Shown here piece after piece: positions 1 to 11,470 of a stretch of DNA of 25,475 nt. Positions within the stretch are counted from its first letter, which is position 1. Each line of letters starts with the position of its first letter. The notes under the pieces are model-generated. The model saw only the letters and a program-made list of their open reading frames with translations, searched no databases and was not told where the DNA came from. The DNA comes from Octopus sinensis (lineage: Eukaryota). Made by a program: the position numbers and the translations under genes. The DNA is taken from positions 1-25,475 of the forward strand of contig NW_021836099.1 in assembly GCF_006345805.1 (NCBI RefSeq), read 5' to 3'.

Positions 1-15
1 TATCCATCTACCTAC

Positions 16-60
<45 letters not shown>

Positions 61-80
61 CATCCATCCATCCATCCATC

Positions 81-165
<85 letters not shown>

Positions 166-250
166 CCTATCTATCTATCTATCTATCCATCCATCTATCT
201 AACTATTTGTCTGTCTGTCTGTTTATCTATCTATCTGTCTGTCTGGCTTT
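1..250. repeat. Compound tetranucleotide microsatellite (TATC)n/(TCCA)n/(TGTC)n
   Basis: Direct inspection: near-continuous tatc units with tcca and tgtc blocks. Confidence 0.97.
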
Positions 251-295
251 CTGTCTGTCTATCTATCTAACTATCTATCTATTTATCACTTTCTA

Positions 296-348
296 TATAT
301 GTATGTGCGTGAGTGTATTTGTTTGTGTATGTGTGTGCGTTTCTGTAT

Positions 349-381
<33 letters not shown>

Positions 382-420
382 CATGTGTGTGTGCGGTGTG
401 TGTGCGTGTGTGCGTGGCTT
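296..420. repeat. (TG)n/(CA)n/(TA)n compound microsatellite
   Basis: Direct inspection; explains ORF 207..551. Confidence 0.9.
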
Positions 421-559
421 GTAGTTTCCGTCGTTCAACATTACTACCTATGCCTCTTTGTTTTCTGAGATACTTTCATTTTTTTTCCAACAACGGCTCA
501 CTATTATGTCATATTCTACAACTACTCCTCTGCTGTCTGCTGCCTCTCTGATTATCTAA

Positions 560-1190
560 TCGTGTGTCTGCTTGCCAATGCCTTACTCTTCTTTCTTTCT
601 ATACATTATTTCTTGATTTAAGAGTGACATAGCTGCTTGTCATTATTATTCAGGCTCTAGGCGTTTCCTCTATATTCAGTGTTGGCCGGTCACTGTGGCA
701 GACATGACGTCATGCTACCCGATAGAATAAAGCACTTCTTTTACCCTTGTCTTTCCTATGTTTTTCGAAGATAGTAATAAATAATTACTTTCGGTATTTT
801 TGTGTATGACTAGTTGACATGATGATTCCATGTCCAGTTGGATGGGTAGCTAAATAGCTGTTGCTTAGCCTCATCCATAACGATAGCGTCTTTTTTTCCT
901 CGACATACTTGCATCAATGACCATATCGTCCAATGTTTCCTTCGTTTTCGTGTCTAATATAGTAGGGTGATATTGACGGGAATTGGCCGTTATTTCTAGC
1001 AGGTCGACTGCATAGAGGTCCATTCTCGGTACCTTGGTAGCTTGATTGATGGGTCGATGGGCTTTGCGGGTAGGGAAAAAATTTGGAAAGACTTTGCTAG
1101 GAATACATTTTGACATGCTATTAAGTCGATGGGTACATGAGTAGAAATTATTTAGCACAATTTTATAAATATTAGCATAAACAGATAATA
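560..1190 (-). mobile_element. Possible highly decayed retroelement coding remnant (family uncertain)
   Basis: Higher-complexity block. Minus frames give FFPTRKAHRPI, SPYYIRH and HVN*SYTKIP, in an order loosely like Penelope RT (LPKIHK..RPI / SYIRD / DVxSLYTNIP), but this needs several frameshifts. Confidence 0.25.
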
Positions 1191-1455
1191 GTAGAACATA
1201 TATATATACAAACACACACACATATATATACATACATGTATATATATATACATATATACTCACACACATTGCATATATATGTGTGTGTTAGTGTGCATGC
1301 GCATGTGTGTTTATGTATATATGTGTATGTGCGTGCGTGTATATAATATATATATAATATATATATATATATATTATATAATAATAATAATATAATAATA
1401 ATAATAATAATAATATAATAATAATATGATGATGATAATAATAATAATAATAATA

Positions 1456-1486
<31 letters not shown>

Positions 1487-1560
1487 TAATATGGGGAATA
1501 TTATTCCAAACTTACAGGGAAAATCAATTTAGAAAAACTAATCAAATTTCAAAAAAATAT

Positions 1561-1614
<54 letters not shown>

Positions 1615-1635
1615 ATATATATATATATATATATA
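1190..1635. repeat. (TA)n/(CA)n/(AAT)n compound microsatellite
   Basis: Direct inspection; long AAT tract at about 1381-1490 and TA tract at about 1558-1635. Confidence 0.95.
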
Positions 1636-1739
1636 AAAATTAGAAAGAAACCACATTTTATCAATTCAATAATGAAAAATTAAATTATACCATTTAGAAA
1701 ATTACATATAGAAATATTAAGTATAAGATAAAACATATA

Positions 1740-2870
1740 ACGATGATTAAGTAATGTGAATAAAAAGCTTTTTTAATATCCTTGTCAAGTTGCCAAATTA
1801 GAATGAATTAAAGACAATATATGAATGAAGTTAGTTACACTGCAAAAATGCAATCCATTTTTTCAAGGACTTATGTTTTCAAATATATTTATATTACAAT
1901 GGTCATCTATCTGGATCTAACCCTAGAACTTTCCAATTCCCTTCATTACTCTCGTACGGCAATACTAATGAAACACTAAAATGCATCCATAGTCATTTTA
2001 ACTATCCCAAACAACCTTACACCTCATACTACATATTATATAACAACTGAACAGTCACCCAGGTTTTCCCCCAGCCTCAGCTAATGAACAGATTTTGCAC
2101 AACACCTTCCAAAATTGCCATGATGCGTTAATGAGAAGTGGCTTAAGGATAAAACTTGCTACATAGCAACATTTAAAACAACAAATAAAACAACAAATTA
2201 AAATAATTAAAACAACAAATAAAATGGGATAGATGCCTAGCCCGGTACTCATCTACGTTCAATACTACAATTGAACCATTAGCTTATATGTTCTTAAACT
2301 CTGAATATAACTAGATCTTTCATAAAAATATTGTCAAACTTTTAATATTTTGTAACATCTCCAAACTTAGTAAACATAACAAAACACCACCATGCTTCTT
2401 CCCTAATACCTGCCCTCTGGAATCTAACTGCATCCCCAAAGATAATGTGCACCATTATTTAGTTACTGTCAATGACAACATTTCTTCGGTATGACTGCAA
2501 AACCATTTAAATGAAGATTTTACACACTCACGTATTCCCTTCAAAAACCAGAGCAGAAACAAACTTCTTTTGCTCTCTTCATTTGTCATTAGAAGATAAT
2601 TCATGACATCATAAGTGTACTTTCTGATGCTAATGTAAATAACAAATACCTATAATCTTTGAACTATGGAGGTCTATTATATCCTTTTTGTATCGATCTC
2701 ATTACGCAACTATCTTGCAAAAAAGAAATTCTGAAATGCATTTACTGGAAATTTAAGATATATAAACTTTACAAGGCACATATTTTTGCAACCGTGCATG
2801 TATCAAGTACAGTCTTCATGCATTATTCCTACTCTTATTCTTTATATAACATCTCTCACAGTCTTCATTA
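1740..2870 (+). mobile_element. Decayed Penelope-like retroelement: RT C-terminus/thumb, linker and GIY-YIG endonuclease
   Basis: Hand translation with frameshifts gives VIYLDLTLELSN, NETLKCIHSHFNYP, SANEQILHNTFQNCHDALMRSG, PYSSTFNT, IFHKNIVKL, SKHNK, NTCPLESNCIPKDNV, FGMTAKPFK*RFY and SFKN. These are colinear with Penelope motifs VNFLDVTL / KPN..LYI..SNHP / SSNEEIF..Y..AL..SG / NPPYS / CPL.G.CL / YIG.T..FK.R. Confidence 0.85.
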
Positions 2871-3308
2871 AAATCCTAGCAAATAGTTTTCACCTCTACC
2901 ATTATTAACAGTAAATCCAAGAGTTATTTTGTTACATTTTGATTTTTATTTCACAGAAATTTTAAGGACTGCATTCACATTCCATTTTTGCTTTATTTTA
3001 ACTTGACCATCTAGTAGAGGTAGATTTTATCAAATAAATATTTTGCCCTCTATATTGACAGTGTCAAAAGATTTTTATCAACGTGGTTATGTGTCATATT
3101 ATGTGTGTGTCTACGTGTATGGGCGAATGTATGAATGTTTATATGTAATGGTTATTAAAGTTGTTTTATTTCATGTTGTACTCTTTGGATTCAAATAAAC
3201 TGTTGTTCGCTGCGAAATAATTAAATAAGTATCATTAACTGCCGGCGAGTTAACTTCCCGTGTCCATTACATTAATGGTGGGCTTCATATTTGAGTTACG
3301 AGGTTTAT

Positions 3309-3321
3309 CTATGTATGTATG

Positions 3322-3355
<34 letters not shown>

Positions 3356-3583
3356 TGTATGTATGTATGTATGTATGCATGTATGTATGCCTGTATGTTT
3401 GTAATCTAAATATATGTAAGGGTGTGTACATATGTGTGTATTTACAAAACAATTTGATCTGGACCGCATTATTCGAGACAAATTCACATAGACATATGCA
3501 TAGATGCATATATGCAATCACACACACATATACATACACATACATACATATACATACATACATACATATATATATTTATATAT

Positions 3584-3638
<55 letters not shown>

Positions 3639-3660
3639 TATATAATATATATATTATACA
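3309..3660. repeat. (ATGT)n tract (3309-3380) and (CATA)n/(TA)n tract (3520-3660)
   Basis: Direct inspection; source of ORFs 3305-3693. Confidence 0.93.
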
Positions 3661-4233
3661 CGCCTGATCAGATATGGATAAAGTTGAAGCCAATGGTATG
3701 AGCCATAGATTTCAGGTTCTCCCTCCTCCAATGTTGGTGGCAAAGAGAGAACACATACCTATAGAGCTAACTCTTAAGTAAATCATCTGTATTTAACACA
3801 TATTACCAAAACACTTAACGAGTAATTCGGTTTTCAGTTGCAATGGAGCCTACACTTCTCATCTGGCCTGAATTTATAGCCAGATTTATGCAAACATATA
3901 TATTATCTATGTTTTCCTTTTCTTTGAAACTATCTCCTAGATATGCAAGAAAAAAAAACGAAACGCTAATCGAAAGGAGACACAGGAAATCGAACTGAAA
4001 TCTGCCAAGTTACTGTTATAATTCTTTATAGTTATAGTTAGATGTCACGTGTTTTCACAAAATTGTAAGTCTGCACGCATACTTTACTTTTATGATGTGC
4101 CTTTTTCTCGCTCACACACAACACACACACACATACACCACACACACTTATACACGCGAGCATATATATATATATATATATATATATACCGACACTTAAA
4201 TTGGGTTTGTGTATAAGAAATTTACTTTGCCAG

Positions 4234-4317
4234 AACAGCTTCTATTACTTTGAGCCACAACAGATAAGAAAATTGAGTGAGAAACTTCCGGTGATGGAAT
4301 ACCGAGATGACTGGATG
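4234..4317 (+). CDS. Candidate internal exon, NSFYYFEPQQIRKLSEKLPVMEYRDDWM; product unknown
   Basis: Acceptor tttactttgccag before 4234, then a stop-free 28-codon frame. The donor is ambiguous (GTGAGA at 4277 or GTGACA at 4318). No homology recognised. Confidence 0.2.
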
Positions 4318-5059
4318 GTGACAGTGATATGTATATTCACAATCACATGCCATTAATGTTAATATATGTATGCACACACGCACACACACACACACACATA
4401 TATATGTATATATAGTCACACATATATATATAGTGGGAAATATATTTATGAATAGTTTATTTTGTACCCATTAGAATGAACAGCGTATAGTAGAGCACTG
4501 CACCAACTGAACATGCGTAGTTTTTGTTGAAAGCGTGCATCAGTGTCTTGTAATTCTATTAGCGGTTTTGAACAAGGGATCTTGGTGATTAATGGCCAGA
4601 TACGTTATTGAACTATTTATTGTTCATATCGACTTCAGAACGAATTACAAATGAATAAATTTGCTTGCTTACGTAACGACTGATTTTACAGCCTGCGTTG
4701 AGAGTTTGTCAACGGAGGCAATAAAATCTATGCTGTTCGATGAAACTCAAAAAGGTTTTTAAAAATGTCAGTTGCTCTAATTTATAGCATGCTTTCTGTT
4801 TTGTAATCCTACTTAGCCATAGCCGAAATATAAGAGAAAATTTAATCAAAACTGTTCAGGAAAGCTATATCAAGAAATATGTGAATTCAGTTTTGGAAAA
4901 TATCTATCGCCATATCAAATTCATCACTTTACGTCATTGAAAACAAGCAGACGATTGTCAGAGTTGTGTTCTCACAAAGACTGCTGTGTCTGTCTGAGCG
5001 ACAGTTTTGGATATTTTCTATAAAAGTTTTGTAGTTCATCTCAACTATATTCGTTCAAC

Positions 5060-6690
5060 AATATATCAATTATGTCTTTAATCATCAAGCTCAGCTTGTA
5101 CAACACCGCATCTTAAAGTACATATTTCGAATTTATTCAATGTTAATATTCTGGAAAAATTAAGTTTAGTATTAGTTGAAAAAAGATAGACATGGTATAC
5201 CATGTAACCAGCAATTTGATGAATGGACGGTTTTGAAGGTGTATTCAGCCAGTATCGTATTGTTTCCTCTTTATCTCTTTTTTCTTTTGGAATTTTTACT
5301 CTTTGTAATCAAATGTTTTTCATTATTGGTTTTAACATCATTAGTGGTACTTTCTCCAAGATTTTGAACAGTAACTCTTACAATATGCGTATTTTGGGAA
5401 CGAAATATAGTTTCCTTAGACTAGTTAAAGCATGGTCATGTTCTTTAAAGATTTATTTTTATTATTATTGTTGTTGTTGCTGTTGTTGTTGTTGTTGCTG
5501 TTGTTATTGTTGTTGCTGTTATTATATATATATATATTTACTATTTTATAATTTCTACACTAACAAGTCTCCTAGATAATTGGTGAAGACCATCACTTGT
5601 AAAAACAATGACTGTTCTACTGTTGTAAAATAACCTTTGCAACTTTCATGACAATCGTCCTTCCAAGTTCTCTTTTGAGATGATCCAATTTTCAAGCAAC
5701 AATAGCAAAATATTCCATTGTATTTGGGAATAGAATGGCTTAACATAATCAACTGAAAATGGTATTGTTGTCAAAAGAGAAGGAGAGGTCATCGATTTCT
5801 GAAGCTTTGGTACAAATATTATGGATTAGAGAAGCATCTAGAGGATTATTAAACAGCAACAGATCTGTCAAATAGTTTCATAAACTTAAGCTTTTCTTAC
5901 ATCTCCTTGAAAACTCGGGGCAAGTTGCCAATATTGTATTCAAGAAAACACTTAAATTTATTAAGGACGCCTACTTCTGTAAGAGTTTAGAATAAAACTA
6001 ACAAAATTTTGTGGCTGTTTGATGCCCTCTGAAAGACATCGTCAACCAACTTTAGCAAAATATCTGATTTAATACAATTACTAGACATATTTATATCTCC
6101 AAAAACACAACATTCTTTATCGTTTTGAGGAATCTGTAGAAGCTTTATGTGCAAACATTTCAATATTCCATATTTTTCAAGGGACGATGAGTGAGCCATT
6201 ATAACTTCGATACACTTTGTATCAGGTGATCCAAGACAATCTAAAACTTTCAGAATGATTTCAACTTGGTCAAACACTTTCTCCAATTCCTCATTGAAGC
6301 TCTTGAAGTGTTTAGTGTTGATATTTTATTTAAACTTTTTGTTAATGCTTCAAATGGTTTCTCTCTTCAGTATACATTTTCTGGGACTATTTTTATTCAT
6401 TAGTTCTTCCCATTCCATATATCTATTTACGTTTATTTAGCTTCTACTTTTCCCCATTCAGTGTTTTTTTTTTCTTATTACATTATTTCACTCGAGAATT
6501 TTGAAAGCTTCAGTTATGTTGTTTCACTTTTTTAGAGGTTATTGTTGGGGTCTATAGCCTTTATAAGTTTCTCTAACTTCTTCCTAAACTCGTAGGCATG
6601 TTGAAAATTTTACGACTGTGTAAAGCTATTAGTTTAACCACAACGTTTTCGTATTGCTTTCTTCCCACAGTTTCATTATTTATGTTTATG
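5060..6690 (-). pseudogene. Decayed long protein-coding remnant (helical-looking protein, unidentified)
   Basis: Protein-like segments in series, broken by stops and frameshifts: QHAYEFRKKLEKLIKAIDP; MEWEELMNK; FNEELEKVFDQVEIILKVLDCLG...KILLVLF*TLTEVGVLNKFKCFLEYNIGNLPRVFKEM*EKLKFMKLFDR; FNNPLDASLIHNIC...KLDHLKRELGRTIVMKVAKVILQQ*; IFKEHDHALTSLRKLYFVPKIRIL*ELLFKILEK. Interrupted by a microsatellite at 5460-5540. Confidence 0.5.
5460..5520. repeat. (TTG)n/(CTG) trinucleotide microsatellite
   Basis: attattg ttgttgttgc tgttgttgtt...; explains the poly-Cys in ORF 5223..5579. Confidence 0.92.
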
Positions 6691-7009
6691 TAAGTATGTC
6701 AGTGTGTGAGTTGGTCTCAGAACAGTTTGGTGGCATTATTTACATACCTTGAATATTAAAACATATTGTAAGTATCGCGTGTTTTTACTGTACGTAAATC
6801 CATGACATGTTTATTAAAGTTACATTCAATCTTTTATCTTATTAGTGTCAAGTTGTTACTGTTTATATTACCAATTATATATATACACGTTCTACTTGGT
6901 TCTTTTGGATTTTTTAAATTTATAACAAAGTGAAGTTGAATATTACTTGGATAGTAGAAAAACGCACTTGCGAAGTGACTTTTTGTCTAGCTGACTGATC
7001 TCTCTCTTT

Positions 7010-7140
7010 CTCTTTCTCACTCTCTCTCTCTCTCTCTCTTTCTCTCTATCTATCTATCTCTGTCTCCTCTATCTCTATCTCTCACTCTCTCTCACACACT
7101 TTATCTCGCCTCCACTCTTTCCCTCTCTCTCACACACACA
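7010..7140. repeat. (CT)n/(CA)n low-complexity tract
   Basis: Direct inspection. Confidence 0.85.
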
Positions 7141-7989
7141 TATCACACGTGTACATATTCTCAGACATGCATTATTACAAATGCAGCTATTTTTACACGT
7201 TTAGCCGGGCCATTGAAATCGTTTATTCCGGTATAGAACAGCTATATCACAAATTCACTGCTGGGTCTTGCGATGATACAACAAAAATGCATCTCAATAA
7301 AGTTACCTAGCACTTAAGGAATGTGATCTCCTAAAAAGGTAAAAATAATAAATAGTATAACCATAGTGTTTTTTTGCGGTGGAATGGTGACTGCCTCCTC
7401 TATCATTATAATCCATATCATTTTTGTTTTGATTTTCTTAACCTATGAACGTGATTTCTGACCAGAGAAAAGATCCATAAAAACAGGAAGAAAAAAAAAA
7501 TTAAAATAAATTTTTTTGTTGATTTGTAAAGTTATATTAGTCAAATATGTAACAACATATTTCTGTCTTTTTAGAGATTTATCATTGGGATCGTTATGCT
7601 AAATATTACACCTGATGCTTCCCTGATGTCTAAAACTTTCGCACGCCTATTGAGAGGACATGATTTTAACCGGATTTATATTTTGATATTTTGTCATCTG
7701 CAATCCAGTTATAATAATAATAATAAGCTTAATGTATAATAGAAATTGTAAGAGTTGTACATAGTGTAAAAGAGATATACCAAACGATATTTTCGGTTAC
7801 AAGTACAGAGTTCAAAATTACAAGTCCATTTTCCTCGTAATTTCGAAAGTCATTTGTTAATCAGGAACACCAAAAAATCGCGTGCACAAATGTTTGCGAA
7901 TGAGGTAGATTGGAGAATGAATTAGAGCAACAGGATGTACTCATTGTTTCTCTGAAGCGTCATTGGCCTATATTTCACATCAGCTGAGG

Positions 7990-8227
7990 TCACGTGCTAC
8001 TCTCTGGAACAGGAGGGAAAATTACATTTCGATAAGTATTTTCAAAAAAGTATTCTGAATATGATCCGGTTACAAATGTATGAACTTTTGTTTTGAAGTG
8101 AACGGAACTGGTGAATAAAGAGACGGCCGGTGGCAAAAGCAATCTTCTCCATTCATTTTCTCCCATGAAACTTGTCTTAGGTTGAATATATTGTTGCTCA
8201 AGCTGATCCCGGACTTCCTTAGCTTTG
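7990..8227 (-). CDS. Candidate exon, 78 codons (KAKEVRDQLEQQYIQPKTSFMGENEWRRLLLPP...PPVPESST*); product unknown
   Basis: Minus-strand acceptor with a branch-like CTAAT (ccctaatttattcag|C AAA GCT) and a stop-free frame to TGA at 7990-7992. Not in the ORF track in this frame. Confidence 0.35.
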
Positions 8228-8560
8228 CTGAATAAATTAGGGAATCAGTCAACTCACGACTACTGTCATATATTAAATACTAGAGTATTAACCGTCATTT
8301 GACAGATAATTTTGAAAGTATTCATTTATCACAGGAATTACCGCCAGTTAATGCTACATAGATACTATTGTCAATTTTTAAATTAATCCAAATTTCATGG
8401 TACTTGTAGAAAATAATGAAAGCAAAACTAATTTTAGAATAGAAATATTCATCAAATGAAAATTAGATAAAAGAAAAATGTCATTCATATATCAGCAATA
8501 ACTATATGTTATAAATAACAATATTACTTATTTAACCACCATTTAACATTACTTAATATG

Positions 8561-8720
8561 ACTAACAATACCAAACGGGTATTACCAAAAGTACCCGTAA
8601 TCTGGCCGGTAACACCATAGTATGTAACCAATGGAAATAAACCGAATATTATCAGAGTTATCTCCCTTGGAGGGACGGACAAACAGAGATAAAAATATTC
8701 TGACAATTATATTGATAGAA
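8561..8720 (-). mobile_element. Possible short non-autonomous Helitron-like relic
   Basis: The minus strand starts TCTATCAATATAATT...CTGTTTGTCCGTCC. It ends with a 7-bp stem (ACGGGTA 8575-8581 / TACCCGT 8592-8598), 9 nt and then TTAGT, which approximates the Helitron hairpin + CTRR|T end. Confidence 0.3.
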
Positions 8721-8739
8721 TTGTTTTCAATAGAGATTT

Positions 8740-9170
8740 ATTTTTACTCGCTGGTTCTGGAGGAAGGAGTTGTATGCCTAGCCTTTGCAGCTCCTCCTAG
8801 AATGACGAAATTGATGACATTTATGTCCTCCTTGAACATTTGTAAGTCAACACCGGCGGGGATCATATCACCAGGTAAGGGATTCCCGAGAGCTTATGTC
8901 CGAGAAAGGAATTGCTGGGTGTAGAGATTACTGCCGGTCCTGGGAGGTTGCGTACAAGGGTGATGTGGAGATGCCAGACAAGTGGGACGAAAGTGACTTA
9001 GTCGAGGTAGGCAGCTCCAAGGAGCAGAGGCCATTCATTGTAGAGACAATAAAAAATGACTGAGGAAGGAATAAATATGTCTGGGGGCAGAAGCTGCAGT
9101 GTATCCCTGAGTGACATTATGACATTCAACTGGGTCTAAAGTGTTTATGTATGCAGCGGTAACACTGCTC
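8740..9170 (-). mobile_element. 5'-truncated CR1/Jockey-type LINE, ORF2 C-terminus and 3' end
   Basis: Minus frames give FYCLYN(G)LCSLEL and HFRPTCLASPHHP...RTGSNLYTQQFLSRT*ALGNPLPGDMIPAGVDLQMFKEDINVINF. This matches the CR1-group C-terminal pattern (SF..RT..LWNSLP....DLQ.FK..IN), followed by an A-rich tail-like end. Confidence 0.75.
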
Positions 9171-9235
9171 CGATGTGAGAGCAACTACTACGTTATAGAC
9201 TTCATTTAAACTTTATAGAGTATCAATAAATGTTT

Positions 9236-9288
9236 GTGGTGTATGTACCTTATGTGTGTATGTACCTTATGTGGTGTATGTACCTTAT
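9236..9288. repeat. 3 x 17-18 bp tandem repeat GTG(G)TGTATGTACCTTAT
   Basis: Units at 9236-9253, 9254-9270 and 9271-9288, head-to-tail with no spacers. Confidence 0.95.
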
Positions 9289-9529
9289 GCTAAGGATAGA
9301 TCCGGGTTTTACGTGAAACGTAACTGGAGGGATTTTAAGGGTTCTAGCTGTGTGCTGCACATGATGAAGGGCAGAGGTGTGGTTATGCTTTCTCGATATG
9401 AAGATCGTTTGCATTTCTATTCTAATGAAAGACACAAACTTGGGATAACCTCACAGTTATAGAGGAATTTATTTATAACTGCATTAACAACACAATATAC
9501 ACACAAAAATACACATTCATATAAATGTA

Positions 9530-9586
9530 TATACGAATGTATGAATGTATGCATGCATGTATGTATGCTTGTATGTATGTATAGAC

Positions 9587-9683
<97 letters not shown>

Positions 9684-9689
9684 ATAATC

Positions 9690-9744
<55 letters not shown>

Positions 9745-9745
9745 C

Positions 9746-9799
<54 letters not shown>

Positions 9800-9800
9800 C
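9530..9800. repeat. (ATGT)/(TA)n/(TAGA)n compound microsatellite
   Basis: Direct inspection. Confidence 0.96.
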
Positions 9801-9829
9801 TACTGTATAATATCACATCCTATGATGAG

Positions 9830-10444
9830 TGGCAGCGTTCACACTACACACCATTGAAATAGTCTTGCACATTTACCTCCCACCATATGAACGAACTCAC
9901 AGCGACGATTTTGCACGGTGATCTCTGTAGAGATCTAAATCCCAAAATCTAGGCTACCCTTTAAGGTACCCAAAATATCTGAACTCTTAGATCAGTCTGC
10001 ACAAAGGTCAAGTAAGACTGAGCTTGGAATGTTACACCGATTTATTTAGATATTTATACAGTTTGTCTTTGTACCTGAGCCATGGCTATCCAACATGTCT
10101 GTGTCCATTATCAAGCTGAATATACATAAGGACTCTAGATACTCTTTTGCCATTCATTCTGATGACATGACTAATCCATCCTAGTTGTGACTGCATGACA
10201 AAGGTCTTCATGCTTCCAATTATAAACTTAGTGAAGATATCGGCGTTTCCTATTTTGTTCACATGGGTGTAATCACAGATTGCCCAAAGACAGCTTTTAT
10301 GAAAGACGTCTTGTTGGTTGATGTTCAACCTGAATGGAGTCCAAGATACTGATCCATACAAGAATGTGGCCTGTGCACAGCCTTGTAAACCTCTGTCGTG
10401 GTGTCTAGTTTTCTTTCTCTCTCTCTCTCTCTCCCTCTCTCTCT

Positions 10445-10518
<74 letters not shown>

Positions 10519-10705
10519 CAATGACAGTGTTTGCCAAATGCAGTCGAAGGTTTGCATAAATTACCTCGATATCGAGAGATCCATTTGAGTCCATCTTACA
10601 GCCAAGATATATGAAAGATTTCCCATACTGGAGATTTTTCATTCCATTGACCTTGATAGGGGTGTATAGGAACTGGTGAACTAGTGGCTTCTGTTTGACA
10701 CCTTA
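9830..10705 (-). mobile_element. RTE-clade LINE fragment (RT C-terminal part to 3' end), interrupted by (CT)n at 10412-10516
   Basis: Minus frames give IKVNGMKNLQYGKSFIYLGCKMDSNGSLDIEV..AKPSTAFGK, then FLYGSVSWT...FHKSCLWAI...QSQLGWISHVIRMNGKRVSRVLMYIQL..G.R, RYKDKL and a terminal KCARLF. These follow the RTE motifs YLGS, LLYGxETW, LRWxGHVxRM and RYKD. Confidence 0.88.
10275..10469 (+). repeat. Left arm (source copy) of 195-bp perfect inverted repeat
   Basis: Base-for-base reverse complement of 11663-11857, including the ccc and cgcg interruptions in the (CT)n tract. Confidence 0.95.
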
Positions 10706-10714
10706 TGTGTGTGT

Positions 10715-10794
10715 GTGTGAGTGTGAATGTGTGTGAGTGTGAATGTGTGTGAGTGTGAATGTGTGTGAGTGTGAATGTGTGTGAGTGTGAATGT
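10715..10794. repeat. 5 x 16-bp minisatellite GTGTGAGTGTGAATGT
   Basis: Five exact units counted at 10715, 10731, 10747, 10763 and 10779. Confidence 0.95.
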
Positions 10795-10900
10795 GTGTTA
10801 TATATTACATATATATATATATATATATATAACATATATATATATATAACATATATAAGATATATAACACATATAACACACACACATGCACATATATATG

Positions 10901-11057
10901 CTTTTTTCAGTTTCCGTGTACGAAATGCACTCACAAGGCTTTGGTCGGCCTGTTGTTATAGAAGAATACACTTGCTCAAAGCGCCGCGAGGTGGGACTGA
11001 ACTTTCCACCATGTGGTTGTAAAACAAACTTCTTACCACACAGCCACGCCTGCACCT
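10901..11057 (-). mobile_element. tRNA-derived SINE, 5' half only (same family as 20018-20415)
   Basis: The reverse complement reads GCAGGCGTGGCTGTGTGGTAAG...GTTCAGTCCCAC...GGCCGACCAAAGCCTTGTGAGTG...GGAAACTGAAA. It is alignable by eye to 20020-20168 and has an A-box and a B-box-like motif. Confidence 0.88.
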
Positions 11058-11244
11058 ACAACTAATATATATTGTTAATATGAAATCTGAACGAAATGCA
11101 TATAGTAAGAATTATCCTTCAACCCATTCCGATCCATTTATCTACAACTGAAAGAAATCAGTAACTCTTCTAGTCGCAGTAAGTCCCTCAAATCGCACCG
11201 ATCCTGATGGACATTTAGTGACACTGGGCACAAAACAACCTCAT

Positions 11245-11265
11245 CACTACATACATACATACATA

Positions 11266-11332
<67 letters not shown>

Positions 11333-11470
11333 CATATACATACATATATATATACACAATATATATATTACATATACATACAAAATATATACATACATAT
11401 ATATTATATCCATATATATATGCATCAATATCTATTTGTAGGTGTTGGATGTGCACATACACATACTTAG
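11245..11470. repeat. (CATA)/(TA)n low-complexity tract
   Basis: Direct inspection. Confidence 0.88.

Noticed and set aside
867-890. Walker B-like AIVMDEA in a minus frame (helicase/Helitron?)
   Set aside because: No Walker A or other helicase motif nearby, and the frame is closed by stops on both sides.
3664-3705. CTGATCA...GAAGC as a hammerhead relic downstream of the Penelope fragment
   Set aside because: Two invariant core positions are altered and helices I and II do not form.
6671-6689. 19-nt micro-exon (ttcccacag|TTTCATTATTTATGTTTAT|gtaagt)
   Set aside because: The splice signals are good, but they fall at the edge of the minus-strand decayed reading frame and such pairs arise by chance; unsupported without RNA data.
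7187-7310. + strand exon candidate YFYTFSRAIEIVYSGIEQLYHKFTAG
   Set aside because: Weak acceptor, no good donor before the stop, and the length is compatible with chance.
9236-9288. Short direct repeats as a CRISPR-like array
   Set aside because: Units are head-to-tail with no spacers, and the context is eukaryotic; it is a plain tandem repeat.
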